64,000 nt of DNA from Candidatus Eiseniibacteriota bacterium (lineage in GTDB: Bacteria; Eisenbacteria; RBG-16-71-46), in contig CAVSAC010000010.1 of assembly GCA_963725865.1 (NCBI GenBank), positions 864,001-928,000 of the forward strand, given 5' to 3'. Positions 62,416 to 64,000 of the stretch are shown piece after piece; the stretch's first letter is position 1; every line of letters starts with the position of its first letter. The position numbers and the translations under genes were made by a program. The notes below the pieces were generated by a model. It ran no database searches and had not been told where the DNA came from. It saw only the letters and a list, made by a program, of their open reading frames with translations.

Positions 62416-63378
62416 TCAGTCCCGCCCGGCGCGCCCGGCCGGCATCGGCGGCGGACCGGTGTCCCCGCGCAGCACCGCGCGCAGGTCGGCCACCGCGAGC
62501 GCGCCGTGCCCGACCGCCACCGCCAGGCTGGGCAGCGCCGGCCGCGTGACGTCGCCCGCCGCCCACACTCCGGGCGCGCTGGTGCGCAGGCGCGCGTCGG
62601 TGATCAGGTAACCTTCGTCGTCGCGCTCGAGCGCCCCCGCGCACCACTCGGTGTTGGGGAGCGCGCCGACCTTGACCACCACGCCCTCCACCGCGAGCCA
62701 CCGCTCGCCGCGCACGTCCGCGAGCCGCACTCCGCTCACGCTGTCCACGCCCTCGATCGCGAGCACCCGGGTGCCCTCGAGCACCTCGATGCGCGGTTCG
62801 GCCGCCACCCGCTCACGGAACTCCGCGCGGGCGCGCGAGCGTCCCCGCACCGCGATCGCGACGTGGCAGCCGGCGGTCGCCAGGATGAGTGCGTTCTCGT
62901 ACGCCGCGTCGCCTCCGCCCACCACCAGCATCTGGCGGCCGGCGAACCGCGTGCGGTCGCGGGTGGCGGACACCGACACGCCGCGGCCCGCGAGCTCGTG
63001 CTCGCCGGGCACCTCGAGCCGCCGCCGGTGCAAACCGCTCGCGACCAGCACCGCGCGCGCCTCGAGCCACACGCCGGCCGTGGTGCGCAGGACGCAGGGA
63101 GCGTCCGCCTGCGCCGGCTCGATCGCGGCCACCGGATCGCCGACGTGCACCACGACGCCGCGCTCGCGGAGCTGCGTCGACATCACGGCCGCGAGCATCG
63201 GGCCGTCGCCCTGCGGCACGCCCACCCAGTCGCGCGGATGGAAGTGGATGCTCTGGAGCTGACCGCCGATGCGGGCGGAGCCCTCGAGGATGGCGACGTC
63301 GAGCTCGAACTCGCGCGCCCACAGTGCGGCCGAGACGCCGGCGGGGCCGGCGCCCACGATCAGCAGGTCGGACGTCAC
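62416..63378 (-). CDS. NAD(P)/FAD-dependent oxidoreductase, thioredoxin-reductase-like but lacking CxxC
   Basis: IVGAGPAGVSAA, GGQL, VGGGDAAYE, TSAPGVWAAGDV; GVSVSATRD where TrxR has GVSYCATCD. Confidence 0.85.
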   Translation of the reverse strand: MTSDLLIVGAGPAGVSAALWAREFELDVAILEGSARIGGQLQSIHFHPRDWVGVPQGDGPMLAAVMSTQLRERGVVVHVGDPVAAIEPAQADAPCVLRTTAGVWLEARAVLVASGLHRRRLEVPGEHELAGRGVSVSATRDRTRFAGRQMLVVGGGDAAYENALILATAGCHVAIAVRGRSRARAEFRERVAAEPRIEVLEGTRVLAIEGVDSVSGVRLADVRGERWLAVEGVVVKVGALPNTEWCAGALERDDEGYLITDARLRTSAPGVWAAGDVTRPALPSLAVAVGHGALAVADLRAVLRGDTGPPPMPAGRAGRD

Positions 63379-64000
63379 GCGGCGGTCCTCGCGGCGGCGG
63401 CCAGCGCCACCTCCCAGAAGGTCTTGGGCTCCGGCACCGCGAAGCCGTGGCGCCGCGCCAGTCGCGCGAGGCAGTCGAGGCGCTCGGCGCCGAAATCGGC
63501 GGAGGCGTTGCCGCGCGGGCGCAGCCGCACCTCGACCGTCGAGACCGGCACCCGGCGCGGCGTGGTGAGCGCTTCCGCGCGCAGCAGCAGGTCCCAGTCC
63601 TCGGAGAAGCGGAAGCGCTCGTCGAAGCCGCCGAGCCGCTCGAACAGCGCGCGCCGTACGGCCCAGGTGCTGGGCGGGATGTGATCGTCGCGCCGCATGC
63701 GCTCCGCGTCCCAGTCGAGCGCCACCGCGACGCGCTCGAGCTCGCGTCGCGTGCCGTCGGCGGCGAGCTCCTCGCGCACCGCCGCCCAGTCGGTGAACGC
63801 GAACTCCACCGCCTCGTCCGCGAACGCGGTCGTCAGAAGCGCCAGGTGATCGGGCTCCCAGCGATCGTCGTCGTCGAGGAACGCCAGCAGCTCGCCGCGG
63901 GCGCCGGCCGCCGCGGCGTTGCGTGCCGCCCCGGGCTGGCGCGCCGTCATCGGGAGCACGGTGACCTCGAGGTCGAGCAGCGCGTCGGCGGCGCCGTGCG
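63375..64000 (-). CDS. GT2 family glycosyltransferase (5' end runs off the window)
   Basis: GAARNAA...RGELLAFLDDDD, GGFDERFRFSEDWDLLLR. Confidence 0.88.
   Translation of the reverse strand, partial: HGAADALLDLEVTVLPMTARQPGAARNAAAAGARGELLAFLDDDDRWEPDHLALLTTAFADEAVEFAFTDWAAVREELAADGTRRELERVAVALDWDAERMRRDDHIPPSTWAVRRALFERLGGFDERFRFSEDWDLLLRAEALTTPRRVPVSTVEVRLRPRGNASADFGAERLDCLARLARRHGFAVPEPKTFWEVALAAAARTAA

Overview
A very GC-rich bacterial chromosomal segment, almost fully coding, with about 45 genes. I found no rRNA, tRNA or CRISPR array. The gene style (many Sec-exported proteins ending in a FlgD-Ig/T9SS-like domain or a short [S/T]WGxxKxxY tail) suggests a Ca. Eisenbacteria/Krumholzibacteria-like lineage, which is an inference. 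Housekeeping and metabolic genes include a DRG-like GTPase, malQ, GH31 and GH13 glucan enzymes, two POT transporters, MATE, an SSS symporter with a PIG-L deacetylase, an aminotransferase-pckA pair, AmgK/RapZ with a MurU-like enzyme, ackA, a 3-hydroxyacyl-CoA dehydrogenase, cytochrome c peroxidase and NfeD/SPFH. The most notable observations are: (1) an ECF sigma / membrane zinc-finger anti-sigma / exported TPR-CHAT caspase-like protease / secreted cargo module, with two copies of a TAAAC-N16-CGAC promoter-like motif; (2) a shared short C-terminal tail on four unrelated secreted proteins plus one orphan fragment, which looks like a protein-sorting signal used alongside FlgD-type C-terminal domains; (3) a 136-bp palindromic intergenic element; (4) a DUF222-like HNH insertion. 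About eight genes show single frameshifts, probably long-read indel errors. Most long ORFs in the supplied track are antisense or off-frame shadows. All family assignments come from motif recognition by eye; no database searches were run.
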